From Gemmatimonas sp. (GTDB lineage Bacteria > Gemmatimonadota > Gemmatimonadetes > Gemmatimonadales > Gemmatimonadaceae): a stretch of 64,000 nucleotides of DNA. A program made the translations under genes and the position numbers. Numbering within the stretch: position 1 is the first letter of the stretch; the number at the start of each line of letters is the position of its first letter. Positions 1-8,675 of this stretch are shown here, piece by piece. The notes under the pieces were generated by a model that was not told where the DNA came from, did not search any database, and worked only from the letters and a program-made list of their open reading frames with translations. Location: NCBI GenBank assembly GCA_965279375.1, contig OZ257156.1, positions 4,608,001-4,672,000 of the forward strand, written 5' to 3'.

Positions 1-1275
1 CCGACCTCCTCTGGCGCCGTCGTTCGGCAGCTGAACATCCGAGTAGGCACGGACGGCGGTTCGCCCTCGGGTGCCACCCCGCCAGTCCGCGCGCCGCGGC
101 TCCTCCCTGAACTGGACACGCACTTCACGCTGGTCTCCAATGACGGCCCGTTGCAGCGCGTCCCGACGCAGCTCGAGGCCGGTACGCTTGATGCCTTCGT
201 TCGCTTCGTCCTGTGTGATCCGGCGCGCACGATGCCGGTGCTGCTGTTGACCGAGCTGCCAGATGGCGGCTACGTGCTGCCACCGGAGCAGTTTGCCGGC
301 GAGCTGTTCGGTCTCGGGCTCTGCTTCATGCTCCGTCACTCGGATACCTTCGCCCTGTCCGATGCGGTGGGTGGCCATGCCCGGAGCGTCTTCCTCGGCT
401 CGGCGCGCGCCTACCTGCCCGGCTTCTCGCTCGAGGCCGATCCCTTCCAGCACCCGCTGGTTCTCGCCCGAGCGCTGGCACTCCCCGGCGAGCGCCGCCG
501 ACTGGTCCAGCGCCTCGCCGAAGTATCCGTTCAGCGCCCGCTCTCCGAGCCGGTCATTGTCGACACGCTCCGCGATGCCCGCGCCGCGGCCTACGGCACC
601 CGCTCCGACGCGGCCGAAGCGATGCTCGCGACGGAGTCCGGCGCTGAGCTCGATCGCCCGCAGCTGCTCGCCTTGGTTCGCAACTACGAGGACGCGGTCC
701 GGCAGGCCGAAGGAGAACTCGCGCGAACCCGTGAACGACTAACCGAAACGCGCCAGCAGCTCGACGCCGAACGGGCGATGACTCGTTCACTGCGCACGAC
801 GCTCGCGGCGCACAAGGAACGCCAGCCGATCTCCAAGCCGGCGAGTGATGCGCCGGAGTCGGTGCTCGAGTCCGTCGAACGGGCCCAGGCGATGTATTCC
901 GACGCGCTCCGCTTCCTCCCCTCCGCGTTTAGCTCCGCGGCCGAGTCGATCTTCCCCGACCCGGACACGGCGTGGAAGTACCTCAAGTCGCTCGGCGAAG
1001 TCGGCCGACGTCGACAAGATCGCGCGCTGGGACGTCCGCTCGCCGAAGTCTTTACCGACCTCGGGGTGGACTACTCGCCCGGACCGACGGACGGCACGCG
1101 CAAGACGCCCTACGTATTCGCCGATGGCGATCGCGAGACGGAATGCGCCGACCAGCTGCGCAAGGGCAGCAATCCCAACACGTGCCTGCGCATCTACTTC
1201 ACGTCGTCGGATGACGGCGGGTTCGTGATCGGCCATGTCGGGCGACAGATCGATACGCTCGCGGCGAAGGTCTGA
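1..1275 (+). CDS. Hypothetical protein, 5'-truncated by the window: coiled-coil middle and possible RelE/ParE-like C-terminal domain
   Basis: The frame of ORF 151..1275 is open back to base 1. Heptad segment YEDAVRQAEGELARTRERLTETRQQL. C-terminal LRKG..CLRIYF..FVIGHVG motif. Confidence 0.7.
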   Translation, partial: PTSSGAVVRQLNIRVGTDGGSPSGATPPVRAPRLLPELDTHFTLVSNDGPLQRVPTQLEAGTLDAFVRFVLCDPARTMPVLLLTELPDGGYVLPPEQFAGELFGLGLCFMLRHSDTFALSDAVGGHARSVFLGSARAYLPGFSLEADPFQHPLVLARALALPGERRRLVQRLAEVSVQRPLSEPVIVDTLRDARAAAYGTRSDAAEAMLATESGAELDRPQLLALVRNYEDAVRQAEGELARTRERLTETRQQLDAERAMTRSLRTTLAAHKERQPISKPASDAPESVLESVERAQAMYSDALRFLPSAFSSAAESIFPDPDTAWKYLKSLGEVGRRRQDRALGRPLAEVFTDLGVDYSPGPTDGTRKTPYVFADGDRETECADQLRKGSNPNTCLRIYFTSSDDGGFVIGHVGRQIDTLAAKV

Positions 1276-1289
1276 GTCCGGGATAAACG

Positions 1290-1441
1290 CGGATAACCGC
1301 CACCACAGGCCACGGATAAGAGCAGATAGAAACAGAAGAAGCTCGCGGATACAGCAACAACTTTCTTAGTTGTTCGCAGTATCCGCGAGCTTTTTCCGTG
1401 TGAATCCGTTGCTATCCGTGGCCTGTGGTGGCCGTTATCCG
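1290..1441. repeat. Nested imperfect inverted repeat (REP/MITE-like hairpin) between convergent genes
   Basis: 1290-1318 pairs with 1413-1441 (29 bp, 1 mismatch). 1339-1362 pairs with 1368-1392 around a 5-nt loop. Confidence 0.85.
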
Positions 1442-1472
1442 TTGCTATCCGCTATCGGCAATCCGCCATCCG

Positions 1473-3104
1473 CTACGGCTGATTCTCGTGGAAGACGACC
1501 TTGTCTTCGTGCTGCAGCGCGCGACGCAACGCCCAGTTGTCCGAGAAGAGCACGACCATGTTTCCCTTGTGGTCGTACAGGCGCATGCGCCCCTGCCCGC
1601 TCGACACGCGCTCGATCTCTGCCTTGGGCCCTGTGAGCCATCGCGGAAAGCGATACGTCATCTTTTCGAACTTGCACGGCGCGGCGTACTCGTGTTCCAG
1701 TCGGAACGCCATCACGTCGAACTGCAGCTGACCGACCGCGCCAACGATAGGCTGTGAGCCGGTGGACGTTTCGGCGAAGAACACCTGCGCGGCGCCTTCT
1801 TCGGTGAGTTGCCGCAGGCCGCTGTCGAATTGCTTGCGCTTGAGCGGATCGGCAGGGATCACGCGCGCGAAGTGCTCGGGTGGGAAGCGGGGAATGCCCT
1901 GGAACTCCATGCCGCCGTCGCCGCCCAGCGTGTCGCCGATGCGCAGGTTGCCGCGGTCCATGATGCCGATCACGTCACCTGGCCACGCGTCTTCGATGCC
2001 AACACGCTCACGCGCCATGAACTGCTGTGGCGCGGCAAGACGAATCAGTTTGCCGCTTCGCTGGTGCAGCACCTGCATGTTGGCTTCGAAGTATCCCGAC
2101 ACGATGCGCACGAACGCGACGCGGTCCCGATGCTTGGGATCCATGTTCGCCTGAATCTTGAACACGAAACCCGTGAAGTCGGGGCGATCGGCGTCTACTG
2201 GACCGATGCTCGACTCTCGCGGCCCAGGCGGCGGCGCGAGCTCGAGGAATTCGCGCAGGAACGGCTCGATGCCGAAATTCGTGAGCGCCGACCCAAAGAA
2301 TACCGGAGTGAGCGTGCCGTCGAACACACGCGCGTGCTCGTAGGTATGCCCGGCGGCGTCCAACAGCTCGACGTCGTTCATCAGGCGATCGAATGCACTT
2401 TCGCCCATCGCGTCGATCAGCTTCGGATCGTCGATGCTGACGATGGTATCGTCGGCGCGGGTGGCACCACGATCACCGCTGCGCTCGAACAAGTGCACTT
2501 CACGCTTGAGCCGATCATAGACACCGACGAACACGTCGTTATCAAAGACCGGCCAGGTCGCCGCGTAGCAGTCGATGCCCAGGTCTGCTTCGACATCCTG
2601 AATGAGCTTGAGCGGATCTTCGCCGTGACGGTCGCACTTGTTCACCAGCGTGAAGATCGGGGTGCGGCGGCGCTTGCACACTTCGAACAGCTGCCGCGTG
2701 CGCTCTTCCACACCGCGACGGTTGTCGAGGAGCATGATGGCGCTGTCGGCGGCGACCAGCGTGCGATACGTGTCTTCGGAGAAGTCTTCGTGGCCGGGCG
2801 TGTCGAGCAGGTTGAGCTGATAGCCCAGATACTCGAACTGCAGCACGCTCGACGTGACGGAGATGCCGCGCTCCTGCTCCAGCTTCATCCAGTCCGATGT
2901 CGCATGCCGCGTGGCGCGACGCGCCTTCACCGAGCCCGCGAGGTGAATGGCGCCGCCGTACAGCAGCAGCTTCTCCGTCAGCGTCGTCTTGCCGGCGTCC
3001 GGATGCGAAATGATGGCAAAGGTGCGTCTACGCGCGATCTCGCGCTGACGTCGCGTCTCCGGCTCGCCCGACTCGATCGGTGCTTCGTCCACGTTGGTGC
3101 TCAT
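1473..3104 (-). CDS. prfC: Peptide chain release factor 3
   Basis: RRTFAIISHPDAGKTT, ATSDWMKLEQERGISV, DTPGH and NKCD motifs. Start placed at ATG 3104 (ORF extends to 3137). Confidence 0.97.
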   Translation of the reverse strand: MSTNVDEAPIESGEPETRRQREIARRRTFAIISHPDAGKTTLTEKLLLYGGAIHLAGSVKARRATRHATSDWMKLEQERGISVTSSVLQFEYLGYQLNLLDTPGHEDFSEDTYRTLVAADSAIMLLDNRRGVEERTRQLFEVCKRRRTPIFTLVNKCDRHGEDPLKLIQDVEADLGIDCYAATWPVFDNDVFVGVYDRLKREVHLFERSGDRGATRADDTIVSIDDPKLIDAMGESAFDRLMNDVELLDAAGHTYEHARVFDGTLTPVFFGSALTNFGIEPFLREFLELAPPPGPRESSIGPVDADRPDFTGFVFKIQANMDPKHRDRVAFVRIVSGYFEANMQVLHQRSGKLIRLAAPQQFMARERVGIEDAWPGDVIGIMDRGNLRIGDTLGGDGGMEFQGIPRFPPEHFARVIPADPLKRKQFDSGLRQLTEEGAAQVFFAETSTGSQPIVGAVGQLQFDVMAFRLEHEYAAPCKFEKMTYRFPRWLTGPKAEIERVSSGQGRMRLYDHKGNMVVLFSDNWALRRALQHEDKVVFHENQP

Positions 3105-3136
3105 CCCGGGAAAGATAGTCGCACGCCGGAAACGCA

Positions 3137-3169
3137 CGAAGGGCCGGACAATCTCTGCCCGGCCCTTCG
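3137..3169 (-). terminator. Probable intrinsic terminator hairpin downstream of glmS
   Basis: CGAAGGGCCGG...CCGGCCCTTCG stem followed by TGCGTTT on the minus strand. Confidence 0.6.
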
Positions 3170-3190
3170 CCTAAACCGAAGCTGGCGCGA

Positions 3191-5017
3191 TTACTCGACC
3201 GTCACCGACTTGGCGAGGTTGCGCGGCTGGTCCACGTTGCAACCACGCTTGACCGCGATGTAGTACGCCAAGAGTTGCAGCGGCACCGATGCCAGAATCG
3301 GCGATAGCAAGTCGATGGTCTCGGGGATGCGGAACTCGTAGTCCAGCAGGCCAGCCAGCGAGGGCTCGTCGCGCGTGGTGATCGCGATGATCTTTCCCTT
3401 ACGCGCCTTCACCTCCTGAATGTTCGACCCGATCTTGTCGAACACCGAGTCGTGCGGCGCGATGCACACCACGGGCATCATCTCGTCGATGAGTGCGATG
3501 GGGCCGTGCTTCATCTCGGCGGCCGGATACCCTTCCGCGTGGATGTAGCTGATTTCCTTGAGCTTGAGCGCGCCTTCGAGCGCAGCCGGGAAGTTGTAGC
3601 CGCGGCCAAGGTACAGAAAATTCGACGCGCGCTTGAACTCTTCGGCCAGCGCCTCGATCTCTTCGGCGCGGTCGAGAATGGACTGGATTTGCTCGGGCAG
3701 CTTGGCCATCGCCTGCGCGATCGCGCGGCCGCGCTCCACCGACAAGTCGCGCAATCGCGCGAGCTTCAGTGTGAACAGCGCGAGGGCGACCACTTGGCTG
3801 GTGAACGCCTTGGTCGACGCCACACCGATTTCCGCGCCCGAGTGCAGATAGATGCCGCCGTCATCTTCACGCGCGATGGTGGAGCCCACCACGTTCACGA
3901 TGCCGAGCGTACGCGCGCCGCGACGCTTGGCTTCACGCATGGCCGCCAGCGTGTCCGCCGTCTCACCCGACTGCGAGATGACGATGCACAGCGTGGTCGG
4001 CTTGACGATCGGATTGCGATAGCGGAACTCCGATGCGTACTCGACTTCCACCGGAATGCGGCACAACTCCTCGATCATCATCTCGCCGATCAGCGCCGAG
4101 TGCCAGCTCGTGCCACAGGCCGTGATGATGATGTTGTCGATCTTGAGGAGCTCGTCTCGCGGGATGTTGAGTCCACCCAGTTTCGAGAAGCCCTCCTCGA
4201 GAATGAGGCGACCACGCATCGTGTTCTCGACGGTGATCGGCTGTTCGAAGATCTCCTTGAGCATGAAGTGCTGATAGCCGCCACGCTCGATCTGCTGCAA
4301 GTCCCACTCGATGCGGCTGACCGGCTTGTCGCGCGTCACGGCATCGAGGTCCACCACCTTGTAGCCGTCGCGGGTCACGACGGCGATGTCGCCGTCATCG
4401 AGGTAGACCACCTGCCGCGTATGCGCGAGAATCGCGGATGCATCCGACGCGATGTAGAACTCGTTGTCGCCGAGTCCGATCAAGAGCGGGCTGCCCTTGC
4501 GCGCGGCAACGATCTTCTCCTTTTCATTCGAGGATATCACCGCGATGCCGTACGTGCCATCCACCTGGCGCAGTGCTTCGATCACCGCCGCTTCGAGATT
4601 GCCGGCGTAGGCCGCCTGCACGAGATGCGCGAGCACCTCCGTGTCGGTGTCCGACTTGAATACGAATCCACGGGCCTCGAGCGAGGCCTTGAGCACCGTC
4701 GCGTTCTCGATGATGCCGTTGTGCACGACGGCGATCGTGCCGTCCATGCTCAGGTGCGGATGCGCGTTCCTCTCTGTCGGCGGACCGTGCGTCGCCCAGC
4801 GCGTGTGGGCGATGCCCATGGTACCGGTTGGGGGGTCGCGCTCGATGACCGCTTCGAGGCGTGCGATCTTGCCCGCCGCCTTGAAGGTCTCCACACCCTT
4901 GCCGTTCATGATGGCGATGCCCGACGAGTCATAGCCGCGATACTCGAGGCGCTTGAGTCCGTCGATGAGCATCGGAGTGGCGATTCGACCGCCGACGTAT
5001 CCTACGATTCCACACAT
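3191..5017 (-). CDS. glmS: Glutamine--fructose-6-phosphate transaminase (isomerizing)
   Basis: N-terminal MCGIVG, GIAHTRWATHG, SQSGETADT, C-terminal PRNLAKSVTVE. Confidence 0.98.
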   Translation of the reverse strand: MCGIVGYVGGRIATPMLIDGLKRLEYRGYDSSGIAIMNGKGVETFKAAGKIARLEAVIERDPPTGTMGIAHTRWATHGPPTERNAHPHLSMDGTIAVVHNGIIENATVLKASLEARGFVFKSDTDTEVLAHLVQAAYAGNLEAAVIEALRQVDGTYGIAVISSNEKEKIVAARKGSPLLIGLGDNEFYIASDASAILAHTRQVVYLDDGDIAVVTRDGYKVVDLDAVTRDKPVSRIEWDLQQIERGGYQHFMLKEIFEQPITVENTMRGRLILEEGFSKLGGLNIPRDELLKIDNIIITACGTSWHSALIGEMMIEELCRIPVEVEYASEFRYRNPIVKPTTLCIVISQSGETADTLAAMREAKRRGARTLGIVNVVGSTIAREDDGGIYLHSGAEIGVASTKAFTSQVVALALFTLKLARLRDLSVERGRAIAQAMAKLPEQIQSILDRAEEIEALAEEFKRASNFLYLGRGYNFPAALEGALKLKEISYIHAEGYPAAEMKHGPIALIDEMMPVVCIAPHDSVFDKIGSNIQEVKARKGKIIAITTRDEPSLAGLLDYEFRIPETIDLLSPILASVPLQLLAYYIAVKRGCNVDQPRNLAKSVTVE

Positions 5018-5128
5018 GGTCGTGTTGGTCCGCTGAAGTCAGGTCCTGCGAGAATATCGATGCACACGATGCGGAACGACCGCGAGCGCGTGTGCGAAAA
5101 CGATGCGTAGTCGTGACGACGGCTCAGC

Positions 5129-6502
5129 CTAGACGGCCCCCACCAGCGCCGCGAGCGGCTCACGCGCATCCGCCACCAGGCGACGCGCGTCTTCTTCGGT
5201 TGGTCCTTCGGCGATCACGCGCACGATCGGCTCCGTACCCGACGGGCGCAGATGCACCCAACGGTCAGGCCAATCCAAACGCAATCCGTCCTGCATATCG
5301 GCAATCGCATCGGGGAACGCAGCGCGCAATGCATCGTAGACGGCGTCCAGCGGCGCCTCCGGGCGGTCGAGCTTGTCCTTCACGATCACGTAGCGCGGAC
5401 GCTCCGCGATCAATGCGGACAACGGACGCGCTTCCTCGAGCATCAATTGCAGGATCAGTGCCGCACCGGCCGGCGCGTCGCGCCCGAGGTGCAACTCCGG
5501 AAGGATGACACCGCCGTTGCCTTCACCACCGATCGTCGCGCCGACATCACGCATCTTGAGCGCCACGTTGACCTCGCCCACCTTGGCGAAGTGGAAGGGC
5601 ACGCCAGCCTCGTTCGCGACGTCGGATACCACCTTGCTGGTGGAGAGATTCGTCACGACCGGCCCGCGGCGATGGCGCAGCACCGTGCGCGCCGCGAGGG
5701 CCAGCGTGTAGTCCTCCCCCGGCGCGACCCCATCATCCAGCACGAGCGCCAGGCGATCCACGTCAGGATCGGTGGCGAAGCCCACGTCCGCGCGCGTGTT
5801 GCGCACGAGCCCCGCGAGTTCGCCGAGGTTCTCGGCGATCGGTTCCGGTGACCGATGAAAGAGCCCATCGGTTTCCATGTTGATCGCGTACACCTCGCAG
5901 CCAAGCTCCGTCAGCAACTCGGGCATGATCGTCGCGCCGGCGCCGTGGCAGCAGTCGAGCGCCACGCGAAAGCCACGCGCACGAATGGCCGTGACGTCGA
6001 GGTACGGCAGCGCGAGCACCTGTGCGAGGTGGCGCGGAATCGCTTCGGGGTCCGCGACGATTTCGCCGAGTTGGTCCCACGAGGCGCGCGGAATGCCCGA
6101 TTCGAGCAGCGCGCGCATCTCGGCGCCTTCGGCCGCAGAGAGAAAAAGTCCAGACGGTCCGATGAACTTGAGCGCGTTCCACTCGATCGGATTGTGGCTC
6201 GCAGTAATGCCGAGCCCGCCCGCGGCGTGGTGATGTTCGACGGCCAGCTGAATCGTGGGCGTGGGAGTCATACCGACGTCGATCACGTTGCATCCGACCG
6301 ACTGCAGCGCGCCGTGCACGATGCGCGTGAACATGGGGCCCGAGACGCGACTGTCTCGTCCCACGACGACGTTGCGATTGCCCGTGCGCGATGCCCACGC
6401 GCCGAAGGCCGCCGCGTAGGTCGCCATGACTTCGGGAGTCAGCGCGTCGCCAACGCGACCGCGCACTCCGGAAACGCTCACCATCAAACCGTCAAACGCC
6501 AT
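5129..6502 (-). CDS. glmM: Phosphoglucosamine mutase / alpha-D-phosphohexomutase
   Basis: ITASHNP phosphoserine loop, DPDVDR metal loop, GGEGNGG, RPSGTEP. Adjacent to glmS. ATG 6502 has a GAGGAA RBS. Confidence 0.88.
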   Translation of the reverse strand: MAFDGLMVSVSGVRGRVGDALTPEVMATYAAAFGAWASRTGNRNVVVGRDSRVSGPMFTRIVHGALQSVGCNVIDVGMTPTPTIQLAVEHHHAAGGLGITASHNPIEWNALKFIGPSGLFLSAAEGAEMRALLESGIPRASWDQLGEIVADPEAIPRHLAQVLALPYLDVTAIRARGFRVALDCCHGAGATIMPELLTELGCEVYAINMETDGLFHRSPEPIAENLGELAGLVRNTRADVGFATDPDVDRLALVLDDGVAPGEDYTLALAARTVLRHRRGPVVTNLSTSKVVSDVANEAGVPFHFAKVGEVNVALKMRDVGATIGGEGNGGVILPELHLGRDAPAGAALILQLMLEEARPLSALIAERPRYVIVKDKLDRPEAPLDAVYDALRAAFPDAIADMQDGLRLDWPDRWVHLRPSGTEPIVRVIAEGPTEEDARRLVADAREPLAALVGAV

Positions 6503-6714
6503 TGTCTTCCTCGGCCTGCCATGACACACTGTCCCGACGTATTCGGGTGGGTGTGAGAAGTTAGACATTGGGACGGATGTCACCAATGGAGTTGGTAGCG
6601 GCTGTCACCAATCGGCCCGAGCGAGGAGTCAGCAACCTCATCCGCAGCCGTCGGGGATAAGACGAGTGCGTTATCCGTTTCGTTACCGGGGAGGCACAGA
6701 GTATTCTCCCGATC

Positions 6715-7398
6715 ATGCTCGACCCACTTTCCCTGCTTCCCTTCGCGTTGGCCGCTCGCGGCGGCTCCATCGACGGCCTCGGCGCTGGGCAGCTGGTGGC
6801 CGCTGGCACCACCGTGCTGCAGCGCTGCGCACCGCTGGTTCGGGCGCTGGCGATGGGCCGCACGGCGCTGCTGCTCCCGAACGGCCCCGCCTACCTGTTC
6901 GCGCTGGCGGCCTCGGATGGGCGCGGGGCGCTGCTGCTGGACCCGGCGGACGAACCCGCCGAGTGGGCTTGGCAACTCGAAGAAGCGAACGTGCGGGCAA
7001 TCTTCACCACGGCGCCGTTGCTGCGGCTGCTCGGCCCCGTCGTCGCCGCCCGTGCGCTCGTGCTGGTGGACGCCCTGCCGGCTTCGGCCAGCGTGATCGT
7101 TGGGGGGCGAGAGCTCGTGGTTGATCTGGGATCGCACCACGGACTGGACCTCGAAGGCGACGGCGACGCCCCCGGGCGCGACGAGGAGTGCGTGCTGCGA
7201 TACAAACGCGAGCGCGATGGCCCCCGGCGGCTGGTGAGCTACACGCACCGCGTGCTGCTGCGCGACGCGCGCGCAGGAAGTGCGGCGTTCACGCCAACCC
7301 CGGACGGAGAGGTGAACGCCACGTCTCCGTGGAGCGCCGTTCCAGCACTGACCACGGCGTGCGCCGCGCTGCTTGCAGGGGCGCGGCTGCGCGGTTAG
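6715..7398 (+). CDS. Short degenerate AMP-binding (adenylate-forming) N-terminal domain protein
   Basis: ALLLPNGPAY..A..GRGALLLDP resembles the ANL N-terminus. YKRERDGPRRLVSYTH occupies the position of YTSGTTGxPKGVxxTH. Only 227 aa. Confidence 0.55.
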   Translation: MLDPLSLLPFALAARGGSIDGLGAGQLVAAGTTVLQRCAPLVRALAMGRTALLLPNGPAYLFALAASDGRGALLLDPADEPAEWAWQLEEANVRAIFTTAPLLRLLGPVVAARALVLVDALPASASVIVGGRELVVDLGSHHGLDLEGDGDAPGRDEECVLRYKRERDGPRRLVSYTHRVLLRDARAGSAAFTPTPDGEVNATSPWSAVPALTTACAALLAGARLRG

Positions 7399-7416
7399 CA
7401 GCGCGACACGCGCGAC

Positions 7417-8544
7417 CTACGCCACAATCTGCAGGCGTGTCGGACGCTGGATCGACCAGTCCGGGCGCGGGAAGGACTGCTGCTCCATCGCTCGCTCGAA
7501 GGCCACGACGCACGCCGGATCGAACTGCGATCCGGAGCAGCGGCGCAGTTCGGCGACCGCGTCTTCCACCGACATGCCCGCACGATACGGACGACCACTC
7601 GTCATCGCGTCAAAGGAATCAGCGACGGCCGTGATCCGTGCTTCCAGCGGGATTTCGTAGCCACGCAGTTGATCGGGCAAGCCTCGGCCATCGAAGCGTT
7701 CGTGGTGCGAGCGTACGACGGCGAGCGCGTGCGGCATCTCGTGCAGCAGGGGCGCCAGCAAGCGCCACCCGATGACCGGATGCTCCATCACGTGCGCGTA
7801 CTCTTCGTCGGTGAGCGGACCTTCCTTGTTCAGCACCGCCTCTCGCACGCCGATCTTGCCGATGTCGTGGAGTCGACTGCCGAGTTCGAGCTGGTCGAGC
7901 CCCTGCGGCACGACGTTGAGCTCACGGGCGATCGCCATCGCGTAGCGCGAGACGCGCGTCGAGTGGCCCCACGTGTAGGCGTCCTTCACTTCCAACGCTT
8001 CGGCGAGCGAGTGCAGCGAGGCGAGAAACAGCTCCTCGTACTTTCGCGCCTGTACTGCCACGCGCTCCTCGAGGTCGACCCGGTACGCGCGATTCTCCAG
8101 CAGCAGGCGGCGCTTCTCGAGCGCCTGTCCCACGCGCGCGCGCACCTCCTCGATGCTGAACGGCTTGGTCAGATAGTCGAGCGCCCCGGTCTCGAGGCAA
8201 CGCACGGCGATGTCGACATCAGAGACGGCGGTGATCACCACCACGGCGGTGTCCGGCCATTGCGTGATGATGGAGCGCAGCATCTCGCCCCCATCCATGC
8301 GCGGCATGTGGTAGTCGGTGAGCACGAGCGGTGTCGGATGCTGCTCGAGCAACGCCAGCGCGTCTACGCCGGATGCCGCTTCGTCGCAGACAAAGCCGTC
8401 CGCCTCCATGAGGCGACGCAACACTGTGCGCAGCGGGGCTTCGTCGTCCACGATCAGGCAGCGCTTCTCCATGAAACGCGCCGACGCGGCCGTGCGTGCG
8501 GCGATCACGCCGCCGGCCGTGGATCTCGCGGTGGCGTGGGCCAC
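7417..8544 (-). CDS. Response regulator with HD-GYP-type phosphohydrolase domain (RpfG-like)
   Basis: REC motifs IVDDE, LTDYHMP, YLTKPF. HD motifs HSTRV, LHDIGK, HHERFDGRGLP, AVADSFDAM. An alternative start is ATG 8472. Confidence 0.9.
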   Translation of the reverse strand: MAHATARSTAGGVIAARTAASARFMEKRCLIVDDEAPLRTVLRRLMEADGFVCDEAASGVDALALLEQHPTPLVLTDYHMPRMDGGEMLRSIITQWPDTAVVVITAVSDVDIAVRCLETGALDYLTKPFSIEEVRARVGQALEKRRLLLENRAYRVDLEERVAVQARKYEELFLASLHSLAEALEVKDAYTWGHSTRVSRYAMAIARELNVVPQGLDQLELGSRLHDIGKIGVREAVLNKEGPLTDEEYAHVMEHPVIGWRLLAPLLHEMPHALAVVRSHHERFDGRGLPDQLRGYEIPLEARITAVADSFDAMTSGRPYRAGMSVEDAVAELRRCSGSQFDPACVVAFERAMEQQSFPRPDWSIQRPTRLQIVA

Positions 8545-8675
8545 GGCTCGAAGGTGCGCACGGCGGCGCGTGAGGCGATGCGTGGCGTCCGACGCGTAAG
8601 GCCGTCGACTGCTCGCCCTTGGCCGACTCGCTGGCTACCTTCCCGCGCATCCTCGCCTCGCACAAGACGGAGCCC

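Noticed and set aside
1278..1476. CRISPR array or tRNA
   Set aside because: The repeats are inverted or heptameric with no unique spacers. No cas genes are present and no cloverleaf is evident.
1809..5110. Long plus-strand ORFs 1809..3263 and 3452..5110
   Set aside because: Antisense shadows of prfC and glmS caused by GC-rich codon bias. No recognisable motifs.
5018..5128. Possible glmS ribozyme upstream of glmS
   Set aside because: I could not find the AGCGCC...GACGAGG core here or upstream of glmM, and the gap is short.
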